In this document: positions 26,204 to 39,392 of the stretch, piece after piece | Layout: each line of letters begins with the position of its first letter | How positions within the stretch are numbered: the first letter of the stretch is position 1 | Assembly: GCA_002189035.1 (NCBI GenBank) | Contig: CM007990.1 | Coordinates: forward strand, 1,302,001-1,366,000 | Source of the DNA: Utricularia gibba | Lineage: Eukaryota > Plantae > Magnoliophyta | Length of the DNA: 64,000 bases | Reading direction: 5' to 3' | Notes under the pieces: model-generated | Database searches by the model: none | Seen by the model: the letters and a program-made list of their open reading frames with translations, nothing else | Told to the model about the DNA's origin: nothing | Made by a program: the position numbers and the translations under genes

Positions 26204-26560
26204 CCCGCGCTTGCTCTTTCTTTCTTTCTTTCTTTCCTTTTTGTTTTTCTCCCACTCAAGCCTCAAAATAGAAACCCTGGCAAATGTATCACAGAGTTTC
26301 ACCTGAACCAGATGGAGAAAGAAAGGAGTTAGAACACAAGAATATACATATGAAGAACTTATCTCCTTACAGCCTCATGCCAACAAATACAATACATACA
26401 CATTTGTTGGAATGGGGTAAGTGTTTAAAAAGGAGATAGGTTTGAAGGTGAATGATGAAGTTTAACATGATGTCTGTGACACTTATGGAAAGCAGGGAGG
26501 GGAAAAGTGGCAGCGGGTCGGGTTATTACTGTTGACAGCATTTCAATGGAGGGGGGTGCG

Positions 26561-26701
26561 GTGTCGACCGGGGATTGGTCCAGTTTTTCTGGGTCGGTGT
26601 TTGTCTGATGGATCATGGGTTTGTATGGGTTTCTTGAAATGAGGTTAGTATTCGTACCATTGTTGGCAGCATGAAATGCGGTACGAGGGAGGCTCCACTG
26701 T
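26561..26701 (-). promoter_or_regulatory. AP1 proximal cis-module: CCAAT + GTCGAC box, GTAC (SPL) cores and CCANTG(G/T) LEAFY-type sites
   Basis: GTGTCGAC 26561-26568, ATTGGT 26574-26579, CGTAC 26653-26657, CCATTGT 26657-26663, GTACG 26681-26685, CCACTGT 26695-26701; 360-500 bp upstream of the AP1 ATG. Confidence 0.55.
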
Positions 26702-26765
26702 AATAAGAGAATCTCTGTTAACCACCAGGGTGGAGTTAGTTTATAAGGCAGTTACCTCCTCACAG

Positions 26766-26770
<5 letters not shown>

Positions 26771-26799
<29 letters not shown>
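26771..26799. repeat. (TA)n microsatellite, about 14 units
   Basis: Uninterrupted TA run read directly. Confidence 0.95.
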
Positions 26800-26802
<3 letters not shown>

Positions 26803-29800
26803 AAAAAAAACCTAAAATTGATCTTTGACATGTATAAAATTTGTGTTATTTCTTATTAGAACAAACAATCACAAATAGAAAAATTAAAATGAAATAATCA
26901 AATATATAAATTTTATATCATTATAATTTTTTAAAATCTAATTTTTTAATATGATTTAAATTTATTATATACTTGAATTTTACACATACTTGTTCAAATG
27001 ATTGGATCTTTAATTTTAATACGATATCATAATGTTTGACTTAATATTGGGTGGTTATGATGAGTTTTTTTACATCTAAGTTTCGATTAGAAAAACAAAT
27101 AAAAAAGATATATTGGGTTTAGATGATAAAAAAAATAGATTAATTTACGATTAAAATATTATTTTCAATATAAAAACGAGTTTTGACTGAATCCAAAACT
27201 AATTTCACTTGAGATGTATATTATTATAAACAATCTTATATTGAAAAATTAAAATGTAATAATCACTAGTAATCGATTAAGTCTTATTTTTTTAATGTAA
27301 TTTACATATACTATACACTTAAATTCACACGTGTTGCTAGACACATTAGGTCCTAAATTTCAACAATTTTAATCAAATGATTCTGTACTTTTATATTATT
27401 CAAAATATGTCTAAACATGGTTTTAATGGTTTTCTTGATCGTATATAATATTTAGATACAAATAGACTTCTTATTTCAACACGAAAAAAATGTTTATTTT
27501 CAAAGGCCCGGGGCATCCTACCGACGAGGCCTGGTCGATATTGTTGTGGTGTCAACATAAATCCACGACCGAAACTGCACCATGAGCCGGACAATAAATG
27601 CACGTATACATAACATATACTCGGACAATTTTCAATGTACGAGATTCCTCCTAGCTCCAGATTTCGCACGTGAGGCAACAACCCAAGAAGCCCTTCTCAT
27701 GCGAACACAACTAGAACTAGTGGCCACCCACGTAACCCTCCAACGTGTTTAAAAACTATGCAAATTGCAATAGAGCGCAAAATCGGAAGGAGATCACCAT
27801 TTGATTCTGGAATGTATAGTGTTATAATTCTAAGAAAACACACATTCATATCAATTTCGTGTTTGGTTGATGAGTTTGTACAGATTTAAATGAATATAGA
27901 TTATATTTTATGTGTTTTCTATGAAGGTTTATTAAACTCGTGAAAAAACAAAAATATTAGATGTACTTTATATAAGGAAAAAAATTAAATTCTAACTGGA
28001 AAATGAGTAAAAATATTTCATTTTAACTAAACTCGTATATAATTCTTAATAAGCTAAACCACTTCATTCCTTTGCTTATAACCAAACATAGCCCAAAACT
28101 ATTTATATGTGCGAGAGAGACAGTTGCAAAGGGTTATTTTGGGTCACTATCGTTAAACCAACTTTATATACTATTTAATATATATACACATAAATTAACA
28201 TATAATGTGCTAAACAATATATTTTTGATAAATCAAGTCATTTCAAAAAACTAATATAATTATAAAAATATGAACTTTAATAAAAAAAAAGTTAAATTTA
28301 TAAGATAGCAACACTTAGGACTTTTCCAAGGAATTGAAATAAATATTATATTTTTAGGAAATCAATTTTTTTATGTTTTAAATTTATTAAACTAAAATCA
28401 ATCATTTTTTTTTCTGAAAAAAAGATGGGTAATTTGTTCAATTTTAAAGGATGGGTAGATTTTTAAATTAGGTTGCTTTTCATAATAAACCGTAGTTGTC
28501 ACCATGAACATGAAGTTGTGACAATTTCAATTATTTTACTTTGATTATTTTGTTCTTTATGACGACTGTAGTTATTTTTCATATGAATTTAAACATTGAA
28601 CATGTAATCTTCGTCATCTCAAAAGATGACTTCTTCCATTATATTGTTCTGGAATACCTCAAGAATGGATGTCTAGAACGATTCTTCATGGAATCAACAA
28701 GAGGAGGAACTGGGTGAGATCGATCGGTTCTTCAGACATGGCAATGAAACGGGAGGGTCCATGAAGAGGAGAAGCAATAGGAGTAGGCATGTGGGTGTTA
28801 AAGTGATTTTGGACAAACATGGGACACTAGAAGAGTAATGAGGGTGGGCAGGTACTCCTGTACTAACAAAACATGCTGCGGTACAAACCATGGGGAAAGC
28901 TGCTGCTCTGTCTTTCCTTAATTTGCTCGGAGGAGAAACCTCTTTCTTCTCTAACGTTCGCTTCCGCCACTGCCTTCCACTCTTCTCCATCTTGTCTCTT
29001 TGATTCCATCCCTAGAGATCATGTGCATCTACACCTTAAATAGAGTTGTAATCGGTTCTAATGGTTCCGGTTTGGTTCAGGGATATAACTGTCGGTACGA
29101 TTCTCGTGCCGTAGAATTTCAAGCTAGTTTGAAATATTTGGAATCGATTGTTTGAAATAATCGTTTTTCAGAATCACTCTTAGATACTCTTAACAATCGT
29201 GATAGAATCTTGGAAAATCCTCTAAATAAACAATGTATTTCATAGACATTCATAATAACTAATTTGGATGATTGAAAATTACTTTTTAAAAAAATTATCC
29301 GATTTCAGTTCGGTTCAAGATTTAAAAATCTACTTTCGAACCTAAACTAAAATCAAAGTCAATAGTAAACTACAATTTATGAAGAGACGATTTGAAAAAA
29401 CTGATGACATCTCAAATCATAAAATTGAAGAAAATCGATATTTGTCATAACTTATGAATTACAATAATATCATACAACATTTAAAATAGTAAAAACATAG
29501 ATGTATTTCATATAAATAAAACATTTCATATCCTAATTACAAGTCATCGATCAAACATGTTTCATCTCATTAATATATTCTATTAAGAATTTTTATTTAT
29601 TTATTTTTGTGTGTGTTGGAAAAGAATTCCTTGAAATAAGAACTGGGCTTTACAAAGAAGGGCCTTGGGCCAACCATCCATCCCTATGCCTTAGTCTAGA
29701 AACAATGGACCGCGTGCTGAAAGCCTCACGGGGCCCACTTCCATGTGCGATGAGCGTACATCCCATGTTCCTTGTAACATATCCAGATATCTGACACGTG

Positions 29801-31439
29801 TCCCCAGGCTTATGTCAGCAGCCGGGATGGGTGAGTTGAATTTGATTTGAGGTGGAGTCGATCCTCTGCATGTGTTAGATCTCAGATTTGAGCGATGAGT
29901 GTCGGGGAGAGATGACAATTGAGAGTTTTATGTTTAAAATCGATGATGCAAAGGTCCCACCAAAGGAAGTATGATATAACTATTTCGGATTAACTTTACA
30001 TTAATTAAGTGTGAATATATAGTAATAAATTAAATAGAATGATTACGTAAATCCTATACTAAACATTTTCTCGAGCATAACGAAAGATTCTTAATAGGAA
30101 CTCATATTTGATTTGGGGTACTTTCATAATATGCGATGGATCACTTAGGAAGTTTTTAAAATATTTAGAAAAGATAAAATTGATATCCAAAACATACAAT
30201 ATCATACAAAGAAAATATAGATTGTAAAAGGGAAGCATGGGTTGTAATAGATGACTTACTAGAAACCGATTAAATCGATTCAGTTAAAAACATACATCCC
30301 ATTCCGGCACATCGCAAATTGACGGTGCAGTCTCCACAATTGATCTTGATCCACGACGCTAGAATCACACGCCGACCATTTTCTTCTCCGATCCACACTT
30401 TCTGAATATGGTTTTCAAAAGCTCCAATCCAATTTGCACGGTGGATGAAGGCACACAGAGGAGCGCCATTCTGGAAAACGGACACCCAGGAGATGATACG
30501 AGGAAGGTAAGAAAGCCAAGTAGATAATCAATTCACTCCTCATAACAAATCGGTTGAACGTGATGGTGAATAGTAGTAGGGGGGTGGGGGAAGGGTTTGA
30601 GAAACCCCATGTGATTGATGGGTGGACGTCTTTAATTCTCATAATACATAAAAATATGTTTGGTACATAGATAAATTATAATTGAGATAAAATGATATAT
30701 ATAAAAAAGGTTATATGATAATATAATTTTATCTAAATCTTTTCATTCTCATTATTTTATTCTATATTCATGATATAAATTATTCGAATATTATGTTTTC
30801 ATTTTCACATTTAATTATCCTTTTTTATACTTTACATCAAACACAATCTATGTTTACCCTCATCCTAAATGCAAAGGTGGAATGCTGAAAGCAAGTGTAA
30901 GTGGTGGCATGTGGCCTGAGTTCATGTTGAGATAAGGATTCGAAAAAGGGGTGATATAACCCCCTCAAAAGTGGACACCATGCCCTACCCTACCCCTCCA
31001 AAAGGAAAATGATGAGAATTTGAAATTTAATATTCGATTGATTACATGAGTACATAAAACTTAAATATATAAGAAATATGAATCATATTAAAAAAGATTA
31101 GTTATAATTGATTCTTAATTATTTTTTAATTTTTTATATATTTAATTATTTCATTTTCATTTTACAATGTGAAATTGTTTATTCAAATACAGTATAGGAG
31201 AAATATGAGTGAGGATAGGATATGGGTGTGGTGAAAGCGGTCATGTGTGTGACAACATGGGTGGTGGCCCGGGTGTCCGGTAAAGGAGTCTCCATGGGGA
31301 ACAAGGTGATAAGGCTCCGGTGCGGTTTTAGCGGCTGAGATTTCTGGGAATCCGGGATGCATCCAATCCGGTCTCCAGAATCCCAGCTGGCGCGCACGTG
31401 ATGCCCCACGGGAGTGTTCGCTGGCCTGTCCTGTCCTGT

Positions 31440-31508
31440 CACCACCACCACCACCACCACCCTGCTTTCATTCGATGCTGATGAGATGAGGCCGGCCGGC
31501 CGGCCGGC
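31440..31508. repeat. (CAC)7 and (GGCC)4 simple repeats in a GC-rich island
   Basis: The CAC run is at 31440-31460 and the GGCC run at 31490-31508. Confidence 0.85.
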
Positions 31509-31560
31509 TGCATAGGGACTGTTGTTGAAATCTCACACCTCTGGGTGTATGGAACCAACA

Positions 31561-31969
31561 ACTGTAAGGCCCCCCATCTACAATGCTGACACCAACTTGT
31601 GCGAATCCCACATCATTTATGAACATACTAGAAGAAAACATTAAACAAAATATCGTATGTACAATGTTTTTTTTTTTTTGAAACATCGAGAAAGATACTT
31701 GATAAAAACTCCAAATTTAAACGTATTTAATCAAAAGTAATGAAAGATACGTAATACAAAATTATGAAAATTGGACATTGAAAATGATCAATATCATACA
31801 AAAGAACATGAATTGTGATATCAACACTCGTGAAGTCATTATAATATATAAGGTACTTTGAAGATACCAAATAAATCAAGAATAGATATGTATAAATTAT
31901 GAAGATAACAAATAGACTGTAAGGCCCCATCTACAATGGTGACACCAACTTACGTGAATCCTACATCAT
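31561..31969. repeat. About 55-bp direct repeat pair
   Basis: actgtaaggcccc(cc)atctacaatg(c/g)tgacaccaactt...gaatcc(c/t)acatcat at 31561-31615 and 31916-31969. Confidence 0.85.
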
Positions 31970-32302
31970 GATGGCCTAGAGTAAAAAATTAAATAAAATA
32001 ATTATATAAGTTTTATAATAGAGATTTTTCCATACACAATAGAAGATTATTGATGAAAACACTTATAAACCAAGTTAGAATTATCTATCTATTAGATTAT
32101 ACAATCTCACATTAGAATATGAAATTAAAAACAGTCAGTATATAAGAAATTTTAAATTACAAATAATCAATTATATCTAAATTTTTCTAATATAATTCAT
32201 ATTTTTTATATATTCAGGTTTCACGTGTGTGATTGCCTAACTCATGAGATCCTGAATTTCAATACTATCAAATACAATCTTAGTATTTGCTTATAAGATT
32301 AA

Positions 32303-32362
32303 GATAAAAAGGATTTAATTTGTTTGAGTTTAAATATAAATAATATAGTGGGATTATTTTTT
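32303..32362. repeat. Dispersed AT-rich repeat family, copy 1 (probable MITE fragment)
   Basis: gataaaaaggatttaatttgtttgagtttaaat...gggattatttt is closely similar to 57118-57177. Confidence 0.65.
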
Positions 32363-33977
32363 ATATGATGTTTAGTAAATAGGTAAAAACATTGAGAATT
32401 AAAAAAAAAGAAGGGAAAGTAGGTTTTAAGAAATTATTTTGCATGGGATTAAGGTTATGTTTTGAAATTTCAGAAAATGAGAAATAAAATGAATTAATAT
32501 CCTGCAATTTAAAAAAAATATTGAAAATACCAAAAGGCCTTATATTAAAAAATAAGAAATTAAATTATAATAATATATACATGATGCTTTTATCTATTTT
32601 GTATATAAAAATAATAAATAAAGTATACCAACGCATCAACTTTAGCTTTAATAATAAAGAAGAAAAAAATAAATATTATTGAAAAGAATTTTTTAAAATA
32701 AAAATTACCAAAATGGCTCATTTTATGTTGAATTATTATTTTAAAGAATGACGATTTACTTTCTTATTTTAAAAACAAGATTATTTTTTTAATCAATGAG
32801 AAATATCAATATAATCCAACAGTATTAATTTATTACTTTGAGAATAATAATAATCCTAAACAAAATCATTTCAATCCTGAATTTATTCAAGCCTATGAAA
32901 TAATTGTCAAATAATTTAGAACTTTTATATTAAATATATTATATTAATTCCAACTATTAAATACAAGGTATTATTTAATGCGGATCAATGAGGACGAGCC
33001 AAGTTGACCCAATTGGCGGTCAGTGGGCAGTGGGCACGCCAACGGGAGAACATGGTCTGACCGGGTCTCCAAGAGTCGCCTGGGCCCAAAAGTGGGCCCC
33101 CTTTTAAACACTCATTATCTGGATTTGGTTGATGCGGATGCTTTAACTATTAAGACACTAATTAATGAAAACGACCACCGAATGTACGCTGTCGCGACAC
33201 GTGGACAGATGTCGATTTGAACATTGCCCACGTCGGCCCTTATTTTAATTGTTTGTGGGCCCCCTTGTTTATTTATTTATTTTTTTCCAGGGGACGTTGA
33301 ATTTGGTAAGCTCTGGCGAAACTTGGTGCGGGTTCAATCAATCTGATGCCTGTTTTATATAGTTCTGTTGCCATGCCCATTTTCTTGATTTATCCTAATT
33401 TGGAAAATATTTATACGATTTTCATTTCTTTTTTATTTTATTTTCAACCATCCCAATTAATTAATATTACCTGTATACCTGTGTTTGAATACTTTATTTT
33501 TAGATAAACAAAACTATGTTTTGATTCTTTATTTAAACATTCATCTGTGGATAACTTTGATAGACTAGTTTAATAATATACGAATATGTAAAAGTATTTC
33601 AAAACTTCCTTTCTAGGTAGGTTTCGTTAAACAACTCAATTTATAAAGTATTTATTTTAAATATATATTACAAAATTTATGTATCAAATAAATTTAAATT
33701 TTTATATAATAGATGTTTATTTAAATAAAAATGACTTAAATACATTATTAATTATAGAATGCGTAAGTTTTAGAAATAATGTGCGTATTAAAAAAACATT
33801 ATACTAAATTAATGTGAATTTGGGGTCATAAACATATGGAATAACGCGTATGTAGTTTTTAAATAGTTAATATAAGGAGGGTCTATAAAAATGGGCATCC
33901 TGATCCTGGAGATCTCACTTTAGGATTTAGAGCAATCTCCTTTCGTCTTTAGATCTCTTACCGACGGTGCGAGTTCA

Positions 33978-35068
33978 ATGTCCGATAGGGCGCCGTACGA
34001 GAATCTACTCCGCCGCCGGGATTTCTCCGACGAGCTGGAAGTATTCGATGCTGCCCAGTACTTTCACGCAGCCGACGACTTCTACGACGAACAGCCTGTG
34101 TATACTCCATCTTTTGCACACGCGTACGGCGCCGCTAAATCACCGGCCAAAGGCAGTTTCCCGTTGGAGTACGGCGTTAAACAGAAGATGGAGAACAAGA
34201 AACACAGGCCAACGGCTCCGAGCTCGCCCGCCGGAAAACTCACCAACTTCTTGAACTCCCTGTTCGTCCAAACGCGGACGAAGAAGAAGACTCGGAAACC
34301 CTGTGAGAATTTTCCCGACCAACTTTCTGGTAGCCAGAGGATGAGAAGAAGCAGCAGCAGCGTCATGAATTTTGAGAACACGACCAGGAAGAACACATGT
34401 TCCGCCTCTGAAATCCAATTTCCAGCCACCAAAACGCACCAGGAATGCAGGTTGGAACTCCACAGTCACTTCTCATTAAAAAATTATTAACTTCTCTCCC
34501 TGCAAAATACAAAATACCTGCACCATGTCCTACTAAAGTCATTCTTGGAACATCATCAGCTTTTATATGTAAGTATTAAAGTATTTCCAAACATTGCTTT
34601 ATGGGAACATTTTCGATCTAAACTGTACTTGTTTGAGAATAATCAGTGTTTTTTTTCCCTTCTAATCAGTAGTGCAATCATTAGTTAGCAAAGCATATTG
34701 ATCCCACTCCCTAAAGTTAATAAATGGTGCTTTGTCGATCAGACTGCTTTAAATCTTTTCAAAACGCTGGTAATGACAGGTATTTGGTGGAAAAGTATCG
34801 GAGTTCGAAGGTAAGCTGTCTGAATCAGTTTCCCGGCGAGAAGCAATGGACTGACAATCCATGGGTCGACCGGAGCTCCGTCTTCAGACCGAGAACACCG
34901 GACGCAAAGTGCCATGGCAAGAGCTTCAAGCTACGGGATTCGAAAACCAGAAGCGATGATTATGATGAAGCTGCCAGCGATTCAAGTGAAGATCTCTTCG
35001 ACTTGCCAAAGCATCATCTAATGGCTGCTGCCGCTGGTCTCCCTCTATACAAAGCGAATATGATTTAA
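33978..35068 (+). CDS. BIG GRAIN 1-like protein, 253 aa, two exons
   Basis: Family motifs DELEVFDAAQYF, PSSPAGKLTNFLNSLF and DEAASDSSEDLFDL. Exons 33978-34450 and 34780-35068 join in phase 2 across the GT-AG intron 34451-34779. Confidence 0.8.
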
Positions 35069-37213
35069 ATTTGGGGATTGTAAGGTTACAATTATTGTGT
35101 TAGTCAAGCTGTCCATCTTTGAGTTTAGTTCACATATGTCTTACCTAACACCTAAATCCTAATACGGTGTCGTATTTTATACCCTACACCCGAAAATATA
35201 AAACCCTAAATCTCCAATTGTGAAACCCTAAACAATATGGTAAGGTTCCTAATCACAATTCCTAAACTCCATAGTTCCCCTCTTGTTGATTCCAAGGAAG
35301 ATAAAGTTATTTTATGTCGTGTTTGAGAGACTTATTTATGATTTTCATACACATGTATTTTAAAAAACTATATTAAGCGTGTTTTTCAAAGCGAGTTAAT
35401 CAAATGAAGATTTATATGTTATATTTTGAATTATAATCCCTTAATATTTATTTATTTAAATTATATTATCAAATGCACCTAAGGTATTTATGAACAAACA
35501 TCAATGGACCCCATAGTTAGAAAAACTTTGAGGTGCAAAGATGCATAATATAAAAATTCGAGAAAACATAAATGGCTGTAAAAATGAATTAACAAAAGTT
35601 AGAATTTGTTTGGTAGGACATGATTATTATTTTTTATTAAATAACATATATTTATCATTTTTTTGGTAGTAAATGATACTTACTACCTTGAGATTAGTCA
35701 ATGATAATGGCATTTAAACACAAACTTTGTATTGAATGGGTTTAACAACTACAATGATGTGAAAAGACAATGTTATCCTTCTTATTGTAATAAAGTATTA
35801 TCCCTAACTATTAATTTTAATTTCTCTTTCTTTTCAATTACTTTATTATATATCTCAAAGGGGCATTTGATAAATATTTAAACATGGGTGTCTTGTATAT
35901 AACATGTATTCAATAAGAGTGTTTTGCAATTCAATTGCAAGAAATTTGCAAAACACTTATAATAAGGTTTGTAAAAACGCACATTCTTGATGAGTTTGAT
36001 AAATAATGGGAAATTATTTTTTATATTTATTTTCATTTTCTTTCTCAAATTTTGCAAATTAAATATTAGTGAAAATGAAGTATGTAATTGATGTATAATC
36101 TTAATTATTATAACCATTAATGCTAAACGTATATACCAAAATAAAATCATTTTACACACAAATCGTAAAATATATGTATCAAACAAATGTTATATTTTAA
36201 TCACATGATACGTGTCTATCAAAACATATTAATAATTAAACTATAGGGCACTCAATATTTTATTAAAATTCTCAAAAATTTTGAGGTTATACTGAAAAAA
36301 TAGTTTTTAAAAAATTGAAATATGATCATTTTGATAATAATTTATATGATATTATATATTTTTAATGGTTTATAAAATGTTATTTAATTTTTTTGATAAT
36401 ATTTTATAAATTTCATTAAAAAGTCTAGAAGCACATGATATAAAAATATTTTTAAAATTAATCATTTTTATACAAATTAATCTCAATTATATCTAATGAT
36501 GAATACTTTAAAATGTCTTATCAAATAAATTATTAGAACTGAAAAACCACTTAAGTTTATTTCTGTCGGGCTTTAGACCGGTATGTTGGGCCGGCCAGTT
36601 CCGTACAAAAAGACCAGGATTCGGGGCTCCATATGCATCTGATTCGGATTCAAGGTCGACAATGAATTCGTACATTACCCACTTTCCGTACGACGTTTGT
36701 CTGAAATTAGGAAAATGGATAGGTTTGATTTAAAATATTGCGTCTTGCCTCAAGTTTGTAAGGCATTTTATGCAGCCCTTAAAAGCTAAAGGCGCCAAGA
36801 AGAGTAGGAATGTGGAATGATCAACGCTTGTGTTGAGATTAAGAAGAAACTTGTGTTTGTTTCCCTTGAGAAAGTGGAGGTTCAGAAAGTGTCTTACGAG
36901 CTGCGGACATGAGGAGCGGAGGGAGAAAAGTCTTCTGATTTCTCACCATTAACGCTGCTACTGTAGTTACAGGTGGGTGCCACCGTGAAAAGTAATGATT
37001 GTTTGAGTCTATCGAGGAGAAAAACGACGGCCCAGTTTTGAATTTCAAAAGGGAATTGCAGGATTTTGTTGCTGGAAGCGGAGAGGAAGTGGGGGATGGG
37101 TTTTGGGAGAAATCTATGCTGATGCAGCTATTTCGCGTGAACCCCAATTTCCCGAACAATCTGGACGAGGATTTCCTTGACGCAACTGTCGCCTTAAATG
37201 TCTAGACTCCTCT

Positions 37214-39392
37214 ATGGCCGGGTAATCCTTCGATTCGAAACCCAAAGGTCGCGTTTTTTCGTGTGCAAGCAGCAAATATTCTGTTTTTTTTCTTCTCTAT
37301 GGCCATGTAATCCTGAGGAGTAAGGGAAAGATTATGTTATGGGCACCCTTCTCCTGTGTCGAAAGGGTAAAATCCGTAAAAGCATGCTATTTTTGTTCTG
37401 GGCGTTCCGTGTAGCTTCTCTATTTTGTTGTCTAGACTCTATATTTGATTTAACTGCAGTCTCTGTGAGTTTCTACTTGTTTGCTGACGGCACACACTTT
37501 ATTTCTTATCCTTTTGAATCACTATATGTATGTGTTGTCGGGCATTTGATGAATGAATCTATTTACCCAGACCATCATGGCTAGTCGATCCCAATAGAAT
37601 TGCCACAAAGATCAGGAGTGCATCAGGGGCATTGGATCCTGGAAAAATCACCTGGAAGAGCAACCCAACAAAATCTTGTCCCAACTGCCAACATGTCATT
37701 GACAACAGCGATGTAACTTACTGCTCCCTGAAACCCATTTCCTTACTTGCTTGTTGCTTCTTGTTGTGCTGTAAAAACAATCACTTACCTTAGTTTATAC
37801 CCTTTTCAGGTGATTCAGGTGTGGCCCGGACTACCCCGAGGTGTTAAGTTCGATCCATCTGATCAAGAAATCATTTGGCATTTACTTGCCAAAGCTGGTG
37901 TTGAGCACATTAAGCCCCACCCTTTCATTGATGAATTCATTCCCACTGTTGAAGAAGAAGATGGCATTTGCTATACCCATCCTCAGAATTTGCCTGGTAC
38001 GTCCCACTCTTCTAAGTAGGATTCCTGGCATAAGCATTTAAGGGGAGAGCTTCATTTTGGTGCTTGTTTGATATTTGGCCATGGGGCAGGTGTAAAGCAA
38101 GATGGAACTGTATCCCATTTCTTTCACCGAGCTGTCAAAGCATACAACACTGGGACTAGAAAGCGCAGAAAGATACAAGGTGATGAGTATGCTGATGTTC
38201 GTTGGCATAAAACAGGTCGGACAAAAGCAGTACTTCTGGATGGGGTGCAAAAGGGATGCAAGAAGATCATGGTTTTGTATGTGTGCTCTGTGAAAGGTGG
38301 GAAGTCTGAGAAAACGAACTGGGTGATGCATCAGTATCATCTCGGCACCGGAGAAGACGAACAAGACGGGGAATATGTAATCTCGAAAATCTTTTACCAG
38401 CAACAACAGGCCAAACTGAATGAGAGGAATGAAGGGGACAGGGACCATCCTGAAACTACTGAAATGCCAGTAGCAAAAGTCGACCCTGTAACGCCCAATT
38501 CGGTGATTCCTGAACCACCTCGTGCTGAAAACCGGACACTTGATCGTGATGCAGTTCATGATTCAGCTTTATTTACATTAGTGGCGGTACATTTGAGCAT
38601 GACTCTCTAATCTTTTCGATATTTAGGCTTAAACTTCAACTGGTTTCTTTTTGTTTTTTGCATGGTTTAGCATCAAGGTGAGCAGTTGATGATGGCGGAG
38701 GTGGATACAAATAACTGTGAGATTCAGGGGTGGGAAGACCGAACCCCAGATCATGATCCTGACCACCATTCGACTGTATTACCACTGGTGCAGGTACCTT
38801 TGAAACTAACGATCCCAAAAATTATGATATCTGGGTTCTTTGTATGGCTTCTTGATCCTGTCATTGCGTAGAATCAAGATGAGCATCTGATGATGACGGA
38901 ACTGGATGCACATGATTCCCAGAATCATGGAGAACTCAAGAACAGTGATGACCCCTCGGATAACAAATGGTGGGAAAACGAATCCCAGTTTCTACTCAGC
39001 TCACAGCAGCTTGTTGAAGGTCTCTCCCTGTGTGATGAACTTCTTCAAAGCCAGTCTCCCAACAGGGATGACAATGTGAATACTCAAGACAAGAGCAACA
39101 AAATTCTCCTCTCACATTACGCTCATTTGGGACCAGAAGACTTGAAACGTGATCTCGAAGAATGCCAGAAGCTGAATATTGATCCTGCAAACATAGAACT
39201 CGACACTCCTCCCGATTTCCGGTTAAGCCAGCTCGTAAGCCATTGCTTAGAACCATCTCTTTTTTCCCATGAAAATGCTCTCATTCTTCATGAGTAGTAA
39301 ACTAGCCCATGATCATCGTACAGGAGTTCGAATCTCAGGAAAGCTACGTTGCATTCGGTGGAAGCTTGCACACGGGAAGCAAGGTGGATTGA
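37214..39392 (+). CDS. SOG1: NAC transcription factor SUPPRESSOR OF GAMMA RESPONSE 1
   Basis: Exons 37214-37221, 37571-37712, 37810-37996, 38090-38586, 38671-38793, 38872-39234 and 39324-39392, all in phase. [32 protein letters not shown] domain [14 protein letters not shown], and five C-terminal SQ motifs. Confidence 0.95.

Noticed and set aside
27400-27780. GC-richer island and 93-aa ORF upstream of AP1, possibly a SINE
   Set aside because: No convincing A/B boxes, tail or TSD, and the ORF has no recognisable family.
29609-29917. Possible solo LTR (TG...CA, LTR-like composition)
   Set aside because: No matching 5-bp TSD, no PBS or PPT, and no second copy in the window.
30270-30485. WIKINC motif resembling a LINE RNase H-like domain
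   Set aside because: Only a six-residue resemblance; the flanking catalytic motifs are absent.
35878-36186. 102-aa ORF in AT-rich DNA (also 55632-55928, 28072-28254, 31727-31930)
   Set aside because: Low-complexity I/K/F/N-rich translation typical of chance ORFs in AT-rich intergenic sequence.
36999-37205. 68-aa ORF as an independent gene
   Set aside because: It starts at TTG and lies in the SOG1 leader; only the ATG-initiated part is kept, as a uORF candidate.
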